54,044 nt of DNA from Thraustochytrium aureum (taxonomy: Eukaryota). This document shows, piece by piece, positions 22,970 to 33,767 of this stretch (positions within the stretch are counted from its first letter, which is position 1; each line of letters begins with the position of its first letter). The stretch lies in NCBI GenBank assembly GCA_012862495.1, contig BLSG01000387.1, forward strand, positions 62,001-116,044, read 5' to 3'. The notes under the pieces were generated by a model. It searched no databases, was not told where the DNA came from, and was given only the letters and a program-made list of their open reading frames with translations. The position numbers were made by a program, and so were the translations under genes.

Positions 22970-25260
22970 CTACTCGGAGGCGACTTGGCTCGCGCCCGGC
23001 GCGGTCGGCGGGCACTCGCAGTACATGCTGTCGCTGGCCATGACCGCGTCGATGATGGCGCTGTACTTTTCGTCCACGTACGAGCGCTTCGTCTTGAGGG
23101 TGGGCGTCAGCTCGAGGCCCGCGATGGACAAGTCGTGCGGGAGGATGGTGAACTTCTGGATCTTCCACACGTTGGACTGGCACACACTCGTGTCGCTGTT
23201 CGTGGCCTCGATGGCGGCGCGGACGTGCTCGATCCATGCCTTGTCCTTGACAGCAGCCGAGATTTTGGTAACTCCAGGTGAGCCAAACTTGAGGACGTCC
23301 GGGTCGAGGTCGTCCCCGCCAGGGAGCTCGCCGGTGGCGCCCACTGCGCGAAGGGTGACGAGGGCGATGTTGAACTTGCGGTTGTTGCCAATCATGATGA
23401 CGTTGGAGACGCCCGGCGCAAGCTTCTTGATGTTGTCCTCGACGGGGACCGGTGCGATGTTCTCGCCGCCGCTGCCGATGATGAGCTCCTTGTAGCGGCC
23501 CGTGACGCGAAACATGTTTTTCGCCGAGCAGCAGCCCTTGTCGCCAGAGTGCAGGTAGCCGTCGCGATCGATGGTCTCGGCGTTCTTCTGCTCGATCTCG
23601 GCGACGTGGTCGGCGCCCAGGTTGGGATTTGCGTAGTAACCCATCATGATGTGGCGCCCACGGTAGCAGAGCTCGCCCTGCTCGGCCTCCGTGGGCGCGA
23701 ACTCGTCCTTGGCGCGCGGGCACTCGGTCTTGACGTTGACGTCCGAGTCGTCGACCTGGAACACGCGCACATCCGTGCCGGGAAAGCACTGCCCCACGGT
23801 CCCCCACTGGCAGCACTTGGTGTTGTTGCCCGTCGTGGCCCCGCCGCACTCGCTCATCCCGTACGTGTCGTTGATCGAGATGCCGAGGCTGCCAAAGTAG
23901 TACTGCAGGTCCTTGGGCATGGGCGCGGCGCCCGAGATGGCGATCTTGCACTCGGAGAGGCCGAGGCGCTCCTTGACCACGCTGAGCACCTTTTTGTTGC
24001 ACCAGTCGTACATGGAGGGCTTGTCGCCCGAGCCGCCGAGCTGGTGGTTGAGCTGGTACTCGATGCCCTTGGACTTGGCGAACATGGCGACCTTGCGCTT
24101 GAGGCCCTTGGTCTGCGCCCCGGCGGCGCGGATCTTCTCGGCCACCTTTTCCCAGACGCGAGGGACGCCGAGAAAGCTCGTGGGGCGCACAAACTTGAGG
24201 CGGTCGCCCAGCGAGCCGGCCTTGAGGTCGTAAGGGCGCGCAAAGTAGACCGTGCTCCAGCCCTCGCGCAGCGCGGTGACGGCCATCGGGATCACGATGT
24301 CGACGATGAGGCCGGCCACGTGCGAGAGCGGGAGGTAGCTCAGCGAGCGCTCGGCGCCATCGTTGCCAAAGCCCTCAATGGTCTGGATCGTGATGCGGGC
24401 CTGGAACGTGAGGTTGTCGTGGCTCAGCATGACGGCCTTGGGCTTGCCGGTTGTCCCTGAGGTAAAGACCAGCGCGACGCACTCGCGGGCGTCCTGCGCG
24501 GCGAGACGCGTCTCGATCTCGTCGTTGGCCTGCGCGGCGCCCATGTCGCGCAGCTCGGCCCACGACAGCACGCGCACCGTGGAGCCGTCCGCGCGCGTGA
24601 GCTCCTTGACGGGCGCCTCGTAGGCCCAGGTCACGATGGCCTTGAGCTTTGGGGTCGACTCGATCATGCCCGCGAAGGTGGTGTAGTGCTTTTCCTCGCC
24701 GCACATGGCAAAGGCCGCGTCCGCGTATTGCGTCTTGTAGGCGATCTGCTCGGCCGTGTCGGTGGGGTAGATGCCGGCGGGCAGCGCCCCAGCGAGGATG
24801 GCCGCCATTTGGCTGAAGACCCAGTACGGCGAGTTCATGCCGTAGATGCAGACCCCGTCGAAGCGCTGGCCGCCGAGGGCGGCCATCGCCTTGGCCACGT
24901 CGTAGCACTCGTCGTAGTACTGCTTCCAGGTCCAGCTCTTCCACTGCTCGAGGGGCAGCGCGGGGGGCGCTTTGCCCTCGGCGTCCAGCGCGGGCACTGG
25001 GGTCTCCACGTACATGGCCACCTTGTCGCTCTTCGCCGTGGCGGCCTTCTTGAACAGGTCGGAGAAAGTCCACAGCGGGGTCTCGGCCTGCGACCCGGGG
25101 CCGCTCTCTGCAAACCGATCTCGCGCCTCTCGTTCGTGCGCGAGACAAAGAAGGGGCCCTTGTCGGCTTCATACTTGGGGCAGACGGCGTCGGTAACCTC
25201 CCAGCCGGCCGCTTGCGGCTTTTCGCCGGCCGCGGCTGGTGTGCTCGACGTGCACCCCAT
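22970..25260 (-). CDS. Long-chain fatty acyl-CoA synthetase (bubblegum/ACSBG-like)
   Basis: FTSGTTGKPKAVMLSHDN, SYLPLSHVAG, YGMSE, GYLHSGD, GRYKELIIGSGGENIAP and ELTPTLK. The upstream MGCTSS start (25260) joins by adding one T at the homopolymer 25112-25114. Confidence 0.93.
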
Positions 25261-25310
25261 TTTCCAGCAGCTCCTGCGCGCGCTGCCGCGTCCGATGCCG
25301 TCGGCCAGTC

Positions 25311-25394
25311 GCTGCTGCTGCTGCTCCTGCTGCTGCAAGACTGCTGCTGCTGCTGCAAGACTGCTGCTGCTGCTGCTGCAAGACTGCAAGACTG
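25311..25394. repeat. (CTG)n microsatellite interrupted by CAAGA
   Basis: gctgctgctg...caagactgctgctg repeated, just upstream of the ACSBG start. Confidence 0.9.
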
Positions 25395-27637
25395 CGGGGC
25401 AGACTACCGGGCTCCACGTCGGCTGATGATGGGTGACTGGCTCGAATGACTGGAACTTGCTCGACCTGTCGGACCAGGAGTAGGCCGAAGTGAGCGAGTA
25501 ACTGGATGAATGAATACCGTCCTGCTTGGTCATGGGCAGCCGCGGCCAAAAGAGAATGCAAGGCGTGGTCGCTCTTTTTCCTTTCGAGAACAAACAGCGT
25601 CCCAGCCAACTCGCGGTGATGATGAATGAGGTGAGGGGCGCTGCCACGTGGTCGTGAAAGATTGCGCAGTTTCCCTTGCGACGCGGGGCCCGAAGCGCGN
25701 NNNNNNNNNNNNNNNNNNNNNNNNNNNNNNNNNNNNNNNNNNNNNNNNNNNNNNNNNNNNNNNNNNNNNNNNNNNNNNNNNNNNNNNNNNNNNNNNNNNN
25801 NNNNNNNNNNNNNNNNNNNNNNNNNNNNNNNNNNNNNNNNNNNNNNNNNNNNNNNNNNNNNNNNNNNNNNNNNNNNNNNNNNNNNNNNNNNNNNNNNNNN
25901 NNNNNNNNNNNNNNNNNNNNNNNNNNNNNNNNNNNNNNNNNNNNNNNNNNNNNNNNNNNNNNNNNNNNNNNNNNNNNNNNNNNNNNNNNNNNNNNNNNNN
26001 NNNNNNNNNNNNNNNNNNNNNNNNNNNNNNNNNNNNNNNNNNNNNNNNNNNNNNNNNNNNNNNNGCCGCTGTGCCGCTGTACCGCGCGACTCTTCCAGCC
26101 GTCTCGTGCGACCAAAGCCCAGCGCGCTGTGCTCTGCAACGGCGACGACAAACCCCACTTTCACGCCTTTAATCGCCTTTTGCCCCTCGTACGTCACGAT
26201 GGCCAGTTCGCGTTGCCTTTCTTTACGAGTCGGAAAAGAGAGTCGGTACCGGTAGTACCTACGCGCAGAGCACCGGTACTGGAGAGAGGTAAGTAGAGTA
26301 CCGTCCAGTTCGCCAGGGCTGCGAGTGACATGAGTGACATGCGTGGGTAGTAGATTCGCCCGCCTCTCCGCGGCGCATTCGCGGCGTGACGACAGCGCAA
26401 GTTGATTCAAGCTCCAAAACGCCACGCAGCAGTGCGGCAGCAGCCCTCCTCACGAACGAACAAACGAACGAACGAACGAACCTCTGCGAACCAATCTCTC
26501 CGACCCTGGCTCCTTCCTCCCTCCCTCTCTCTGCGCCGGAGAGCAGCGGATCACACTCGGCCTACCTTGCCGGCCGCCACTGAGGAAAGACCCGGACGCG
26601 CTGTTTCTCACCAGTGAGGCGAGCAGCCGCGCGCCGCAGGGGGGCGCGGCGCCTTACTCGCGCTGNNNNNNNNNNNNNNNNNNNNNNNNNNNNNNNNNNN
26701 NNNNNNNNNNNNNNNNNNNNNNNNNNNNNNNNNNNNNNNNNNNNNNNNNNNNNNNNNNNNNNNNNNNNNNNNNNNNNNNNNNNNNNNNNNNNNNNNNNNN
26801 NNNNNNNNNNNNNNNNNNNNNNNNNNNNNNNNNNNNNNNNNNNNNNNNNNNNNNNNNNNNNNNNNNNNNNNNNNNNNNNNNNNNNNNNNNNNNNNNNNNN
26901 NNNNNNNNNNNNNNNNNNNNNNNNNNNNNNNNNNNNNNNNNNNNNNNNNNNNNNNNNNNNNNNNNNNNNNNNNNNNNNNNNNNNNNNNNNNNNNNNNNNN
27001 NNNNNNNNNNNNNNNNNNNNNNNNNNNNNNNNNNNNNNNNNNNNNNNNNNNNNNNNNNNNNNNNNNNNNNNNNNNNNNNNNNNNNNNNNNNNNNNNNNNN
27101 NNNNNNNNNNNNNNNNNNNNNNNNNNNNNNNNNNNNNNNNNNNNNNNNNNNNNNNNNNNNNNNNNNNNNNNNNNNNNNNNNNNNNNNNNNNNNNNNNNNN
27201 NNNNNNNNNNNNNNNNNNNNNNNNNNNNNNNNNNNNNNNNNNNNNNNNNNNNNNNNNNNNNNNNNNNNNNNNNNNNNNNNNNNNNNNNNNNNNNNNNNNN
27301 NNNNNNNNNNNNNNNNNNNNNNNNNNNNNNNNNNNNNNNNNNNNNNNNNNNNNNNNNNNNNNNNNNNNNNNNNNNNNNTTTTTTTTCGGACAATGATTTG
27401 TTTGCTGTGTTTTGTCTTCGTTGCAGCGTGCGCTGTCCGCAAACTATTCTCATGCTGGCTGTCAAAGAGGCCTCCGTTTTGGCCGCGGGAGACCCCTTCT
27501 TGGCCGGCCGCTGCGCATCGAACGAAGCACGCTACAAAATGGCCAGTCCTTGGTCGGTCGGTCGGTCCGTCGGTCGGCCCGAGCACGGTGCGCAAAGGGC
27601 CAGCCAGCCCGACACGCTCGGCGCACCGCTCGGGGCG

Positions 27638-28619
27638 CTAGTGCCAGACGAACCAGCCCGGCCGCTTGAGCAAGCCCAGGCTCACGCACAGGTCGGCGAG
27701 GCCCAAAGCGTCGAGCGTCTCGTACTGCATCCAGCCCATCTTGACGAAAATCGGCCCGAACAGCACCCCAACAAAGGCAAACAAAATGTACATGCCTATG
27801 ATCGTGGCCACAATGTCCGCCAGGGTCTCCTGGTTCTCCTTGAAGAACTTGGACATGTCCTTGGCGGCCTGAAACATGTTCCAAGGCAAATACACAATCG
27901 CGCGCCCAAGGCGGACGGGCCCCATCACTATGCTCACGCAAAGACCCCACAATGCCCCAGCCATCCACACGACCCCCGTCTTGATCGCCCCCAGCACGCG
28001 CGCGCCAGCGTAGAGCGCGCCCCTCCCCACCTGGCCAAAAACGCCGCCCCCTGCCATTCCGAGCGCCTTGCCCAGAACCACGCCCCTCTCGCCCCAGACC
28101 TTGGACTGGTCCCAAAGCGCCCAAACGCCTTGCCGACAGGACACGACTCCGACTTTGGCGCCGCGCAGGCCGACCTCGGCGCCCACGGCGGCATTCTCGC
28201 GCACGCGGTCCCAGGGCACGCGCGTGCGAGCGAGGTGCACGCACGTCTCAACATACGGCTGCGCGATCATCACGAGCCAGGCACCGCGCCGCGCGCCCGC
28301 CCAGATCACATCGTACGGGAACACCACAAACACCTTGAGCAAGAGGAACAGCGGCAGCGCCAGGATTGGTGGCAGAAACCGGCTCAGGGACTTGAGCAGC
28401 TTGCTCTTGTTGCGCCCTCGGCTGCGCCTGCGCCGCGACGACCCGCGCTCCGAGTCGCTCGAGTCGCTGTCGCTGCTATCGCCGCTAGACCGCGTGTCGC
28501 TGCTGTCGCTGTCGCTCGAAAACTCGGACGAGTCCGAGTTGGAAGACCCTGACGAAGAGCTCGACGCGGAGGACGAGGAGCTCGAGGACGAGTCTGACGA
28601 GCTCGAGTCGACGCGTCGC
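27638..28619 (-). CDS. Hypothetical membrane protein with Ser/Asp-rich tract (5' part in or beyond gap)
   Basis: Open frame of >320 codons with strong GC3 bias, poly-S/D tract and hydrophobic segments (FLPPILALPLFLLLKVFVVF; IVATIIGMYILFAFVGVLFG). Confidence 0.7.
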
Positions 28620-29779
28620 NNNNNNNNNNNNNNNNNNNNNNNNNNNNNNNNNNNNNNNNNNNNNNNNNNNNNNNNNNNNNNNNNNNNNNNNNNNNNNNNN
28701 NNNNNNNNNNNNNNNNNNNNNNNNNNNNNNNNNNNNNNNNNNNNNNNNNNNNNNNNNNNNNNNNNNNNNNNNNNNNNNNNNNNNNNNNNNNNNNNNNNNN
28801 NNNNNNNNNNNNNNNNNNNNNNNNNNNNNNNNNNNNNNNNNNNNNNNNNNNNNNNNNNNNNNNNNNNNNNNNNNNNNNNNNNNNNNNNNNNNNNNNNNNN
28901 NNNNNNNNNNNNNNNNNNNNNNNNNNNNNNNNNNNNNNNNNNNNNNNNNNNNNNNNNNNNNNNNNNNNNNNNNNNNNNNNNNNNNNNNNNNNNNNNNNNN
29001 NNNNNNNNNNNNNNNNNNNNNNNNNNNNNNNNNNNNNNNNNNNNNNNNNNNNNNNNNNNNNNNNNNNNNNNNNNNNNNNNNNNNNNNNNNNNNNNNNNNN
29101 NNNNNNNNNNNNNNNNNNNNNNNNNNNNNNNNNNNNNNNNNNNNNNNNNNNNNNNNNNNNNNNNNNNNNNNNNNNNNNNNNNNNNNNNNNNNNNNNNNNN
29201 NNNNNNNNNNNNNNNNNNNNNNNNNNNNNNNNNNNNNNNNNNNNNNNNNNNNNNNNNNNNNNNNNNNNNNNNNNNNNNNNNNNNNNNNNNNNNNNNNNNN
29301 NNNNNNNNNNNNNNNNNNNNNNNNNNNNNNNNNNNNNNNNNNNNNNNNNNNNNNNNNNNNNNNNNNNNNNNNNNNNNNNNNNNNNNNNNNNNNNNNNNNN
29401 NNNNNNNNNNNNNNNNNNNNNNNNNNNNNNNNNNNNNNNNNNNNNNNNNNNNNNNNNNNNNNNNNNNNNNNNNNNNNNNNNNNNNNNNNNNNNNNNNNNN
29501 NNNNNNNNNNNNNNNNNNNNNNNNNNNNNNNNNNCCTTCCTGTGACAGAGGTTGCCAATGTGACGACCAGTTTAGCGTCATGTAGGGGACCCACGCGACG
29601 ACGGTCTGGGCTGTCGACGGGGGTCTCGTCACGTTGGATACCATTGTCGACGTGGCGTTCACGGCAAAGGACTGGACGCCAAGTAATTGAAGACGCCTGT
29701 GCTCGATAGTGCGGATGGCCGGTGGCGCGCCCCTCGATAGCGCAGCGGGGACGCGCTCGGGGAAGGCGCCGAAGCAGGG

Positions 29780-30778
29780 ATGCTTCCTGCAGCGGTCGGC
29801 CGCGCGCGGCCGGCTGTCCTACGCGATTGGCGAGCGGCGGCCGCGAAACACGCCCAATGCGTCGCGGATCTGCTGCGACCGGGCCTTGTCGACGCGGAGA
29901 CCAGCGCGCCGCCGGCACCTGGCGACTACGGCGTGTTTGACTCCCATAGGTGCGTGACGTTGGATGCCGCCCACCCGGTGTTCAACTTTTTGAGGTCGTA
30001 CTATGGCTTCAAGGAGGCCAAACAAGTTCGCCGCCTTGCGCGGTTCAGCCCGGGGCCCGCGGTGCTGCTTCCTGGCGCCGAGCTCGAAGAGGACGTCGCG
30101 ACGCTCGGCGGCTTTGCCTCGCTTAGGCAGACGGACGCCGGGGTCGTGGTCCGCGTCCCGGCCGACAAGCTCGATGTCCTTCGCTGGTACCAGAACAAAC
30201 TGCTTCAGACGCACAAAGCCTCGGGCGTCTTCCACTGCTTTGGCCTGCACGAGTGGGCCATGCTCTATCGCAGGGACGGCGAGCCCGCCCCTCCGAGCTC
30301 CTCCTTCCAGGCGCTTCCGCTACGCGTCTCCCAAGAGCAGATCAACCGCACTGTCGAGGAGCGGGGCGTCTCGTGCACGCACTTTGACGCGATGAGGTTT
30401 TTCGCACCCGGCGCGATCCCGCACAGCAAGCACCACAAGATGGACCGCGCCTCGGCTGTGGACAACCCCGCTTGCGTGCACGCCGCGATGGACCTGCTCG
30501 GGTTTGCGGTCAGGCTCGCTCCCCTTGTCTCGTCCCGGATCGTCCTGGATTCCTTGCGGCTAGCCATCGAGGCGCGCAAGGTAGACGTCGCTGCAAGCCC
30601 GTACGACGCGAGCAGAGTCCCAGGCGCCCTCCCCAGCATCCCGGTGGAGTCTCTGGAGGGCAAGCGCAGTTATCAGCAGCACCAACGGCGAATCCTGGAC
30701 GTCTCGCAGCGCATTCGCCAGGACTTGGTCGGCGAGATCGCCTTTGCGATAGACGAGGTCGGCGCGTCGCCGGTGTAG
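29780..30778 (+). CDS. Conserved protein of an actinobacterial-type family (often database-labelled '3-methyladenine DNA glycosylase', function unverified)
   Basis: Motifs HPVFNFL..YY, HCFGLHEWAMLY, LPLR, CTHFDAMRFF, PACVHAAMDL and D..ASPYD recalled from that family. Confidence 0.78.
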   Translation: MLPAAVGRARPAVLRDWRAAAAKHAQCVADLLRPGLVDAETSAPPAPGDYGVFDSHRCVTLDAAHPVFNFLRSYYGFKEAKQVRRLARFSPGPAVLLPGAELEEDVATLGGFASLRQTDAGVVVRVPADKLDVLRWYQNKLLQTHKASGVFHCFGLHEWAMLYRRDGEPAPPSSSFQALPLRVSQEQINRTVEERGVSCTHFDAMRFFAPGAIPHSKHHKMDRASAVDNPACVHAAMDLLGFAVRLAPLVSSRIVLDSLRLAIEARKVDVAASPYDASRVPGALPSIPVESLEGKRSYQQHQRRILDVSQRIRQDLVGEIAFAIDEVGASPV

Positions 30779-30918
30779 CTCGAGGTCGGCGCGACGCCGG
30801 TGCGGCGAGGTGCTCTTTGCTACGTAAGGGTCAGACACCCGCAACGCGGCTGGCGAACAACAGCTCGTTCTCGTTTCTACAAATCCTTTTGTAAAGTGTG
30901 GCAGGCGGCCGCTGCACG

Positions 30919-32887
30919 CTAGCTGGCCCCGTCCTCGGTCAGACTGGAACGCTCCAGCAGGACGCTGCGGATCACGCTGGGCTCCCAGGTGATGTACAGG
31001 CTCTCGCGCCCGTTCGCCAGCCGCCGCGTCGCCACGATCTTGTGGTCCTTAAACTCGATCAAAAGCCGCCGGAACTGCCCGTCGCTGCTCACAATCATGT
31101 CGCGACTGCAGGCCTCGTACAGGTCCGCGTACGCCATCCCAAACTTGTCCTTGCTTACTTGGTGCTCGGCCAGCACAGTGAGCACGTCCTTGTGGTTTTG
31201 CGTCAAGCTCTTGAGCACGAACGCCGCCCCCGCCGCAGAAGAGTACTTTTGAGCGCGCCGCGTCGGCTTCTCCGCCGTCTCCATCAAGTAGGGCTGCAGC
31301 GTGTTGCAGCGCTTCATGACAAAGTTGAGCTTGCTGCTCTGCGGCTGGTCCCAGAGGATGGGCGCGTGCGCGTGGTCCACTGACGCCACGATGTGCACGT
31401 TTGGCGCGGTTGCCAGAGTGGCGAGCGCGTTCTTCACAGCGCGCGAGCGCAGCTTCTCCCCATCGATGTTGTGCTGCGAGGTGGTCGAATGTTAGCAAGT
31501 TCAACCCAGGCCTCGCCAGCAAGCAAGTTCAACCCAGGCCTCGCCAGCAAGCAAGTTNNNNNNNNNNNNNNNNNNNNNNNNNNNNNNNNNNNNNNNNNNN
31601 NNNNNNNNNNNNNNNNNNNNNNNNNNNNNNNNNNNNNNNNNNNNNNNNNNNNNNNNNNNNNNNNNNNNNNNNNNNNNNNNNNNNNNNNNNNNNNNNNNNN
31701 NNNNNNNNNNNNNNNNNNNNNNNNNNNNNNNNNNNNNNNNNNNNNNNNNNNNNNNNNNNNNNNNNNNNNNNNNNNNNNNNNNNNNNNNNNNNNNNNNNNN
31801 NNNNNNNNNNNNNNNNNNNNNNNNNNNNNNNNNNNNNNNNNNNCTGCCGCCCCGGCTCGCACCCAGGCCGCGCCGCTTCGCCACCGCCGTTGCCATCTCG
31901 ACGATATACGCGCTCATTTTCTCCAGCGCGTTGACGTGCGGGACACTGCTCTCCGGCTGGCCGAGGTACTCGGTGACTATCTTCGCAAACGCGTCACGAA
32001 GCCGCGCGCTGGCAGCCGAAAACCCCTTGATCGTTAGCACTGCGGAGGGTGGCAGCCCGAGGTCCACCTCGAAGCGGCGCACAGCCTTTGCGAACAGCTC
32101 GAGGAGCTCCTTTTTCGACCCAAACCTTTACGCGATCGACATGATTGGCGGGTGAGCACTCCTTGCAAGACTAGAACGGTGGAAGGACGACGGTTCGTCG
32201 AGCCACAACTTACCCGTAGAACAAGAGGTTGTAACCGCACTGCAGCAGATTGTAGTCGGACGGGAACGCCTTGGAGCGCTCGCGCAGCAGAGTCTGCGTC
32301 GTCGCGCTGCTAAGCCGCAGCCGATCCGCGATGATCTCTTGGACTTGCTGGCTGCTCGGCATGTCCAACTCGCGCCAGTTTCGAACGCCGCCAAGGCGCT
32401 TGTGCGTGGTATCCAGCGCCCGCTTGCGCCGCTTGCGCTGTTCATCGTTCGTCTCGATGTTGAAGAACGCCGAGACGCTTGACATTCCGAACGTCCGCGT
32501 CTTCGAAGCCCGCGCGCGTGTGCTTGTGCGCGTCGAATTTACGTCTCTCTGCTGCTCGCCCGTGCTGCTGCTGCTGCCAACCTTGAAGCCCGCGCTTCCC
32601 TCCGGCTCGATGCCCTCCCCTGGCGCGGCCTCGTCCTCGTCACTGCTGCTGTCAAGTGGGCCCCGGCGCTTGCTGCTCTCGTCGTTGTCCTCGTCCTCGT
32701 CTTCGTCGTCCTCGGAGCTCGACCCGTCCTCGTCTTCGCCGCTGCTCGACATCAAAAGCGCGTCGACTCTTCCTCTAGACCGTTTCGCGCTAGCCTCTCG
32801 CGGCACTGGTGCGACGACGCGCTTCCCGAGCAAGCCTCGCACGAGGTCGAGGTCTTCGTCGCCGTCGTCCTCCATCGCGTGGCCCAT
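30919..32887 (-). CDS. ORC2: Origin recognition complex subunit 2 (multi-exon)
   Basis: GYNLLFYG|FGSKKELL across intron 32126-32213 (GTAAG..AAG). Last exon from 31473 reads HNIDG..IVASVDH..LWD..PY..VLKSLT..EFKDHKIV, preceded by a GCTAAC branch site and CGCAG acceptor. Confidence 0.93.
31494..31557. repeat. 28-bp intronic minisatellite running into a gap
   Basis: AGCAAGTTCAACCCAGGCCTCGCCAGCA x2 plus a partial copy. Confidence 0.9.
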
Positions 32888-32925
32888 CCCACTCGAAATC
32901 GAAATCGAAATCGACCGCCACAGCC

Positions 32926-33053
32926 AGAATACCGCCTGGGCGTCTAGACCAGAGACCAGAGACGCTCGAAGGAATACCGCCAGGGCGTCGAGGCGGGAGG
33001 CGCTCGAAGGAATACCGCCAGAGCGTCGCGAGACCAGAGTCGCTCGATGGAAT
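32926..33053. repeat. Degenerate repeats upstream of ORC2 (GAATACCGCC x3)
   Basis: GCTCGAAGGAATACCGCCAG(G/A)GCGTC-like units; a (GAAATC)3 run at 32895 lies adjacent. Confidence 0.75.
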
Positions 33054-33767
33054 CGCACCTGGCGGACCGGATCGAAAGGATCCCGCCTGCGCGTTCAGAC
33101 CGGAGAAAATCCTCGAGCGCGCCACTCCAGGGAGCCGAGACCGGACACGCTCGAGCACGCCACGCCACGCCGCCCAGCAGCCCGCTCGATGCGCAGTGGC
33201 GCGTTGGCGATGTGATTCTGCTCGGAGGGCAGTATTTCGAATCGCCAATGCTTCAAAGAGCGCTCGCCCACGTGGAAATGCGCCGGGCCCTCCGCCAATC
33301 AGCCAGCCGCCTGCCTTGTGTGCGTGCGTGCGTGCGTGCTTGCGTTTCGTGCGAGGCGATGCGGCCGCGAGCGGCGCGCTATCGGGGCGACACCGCTCTG
33401 CAAGGGCCAGCGCCGCCGCGACGAGGACCGGGAAGTGGTCATGACCGGAAAGCTGAGATACATAAATAGGTAGCAGGTGCAGGTATGGGCGAAAGTCGTT
33501 GCGCGGGCGGCCTCGGCGACGGCGCGTTCGTCGCTGGCTCGCGCGCCCGTTCTCTCTTGGGCGCTGCGAGAGCGACACGGAAGGTTGGCGCGTTGCGGTA
33601 GATATTACAGGTTTGGATTTCGATTGAATAGCAGAGTCCTTGGGAACTCAATACATACTGTACATGGGTTGTACGCGAGCGAGCGAGCGAGCGCGTACAG
33701 GCGCGCTTTCTGGTGCAAAGTATCACAACGCACAGAAAACGCTTTTCGTGACGCACGACTGCAGGCC

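Noticed and set aside
10057..25260. Lipid-metabolism gene cluster (ECI + ACSBG)
   Set aside because: The genes are separated by unrelated genes; this is ordinary eukaryotic gene order.
25169..27595. Long ORFs spanning N-gaps
   Set aside because: Their length is an artefact of X translation through gaps.
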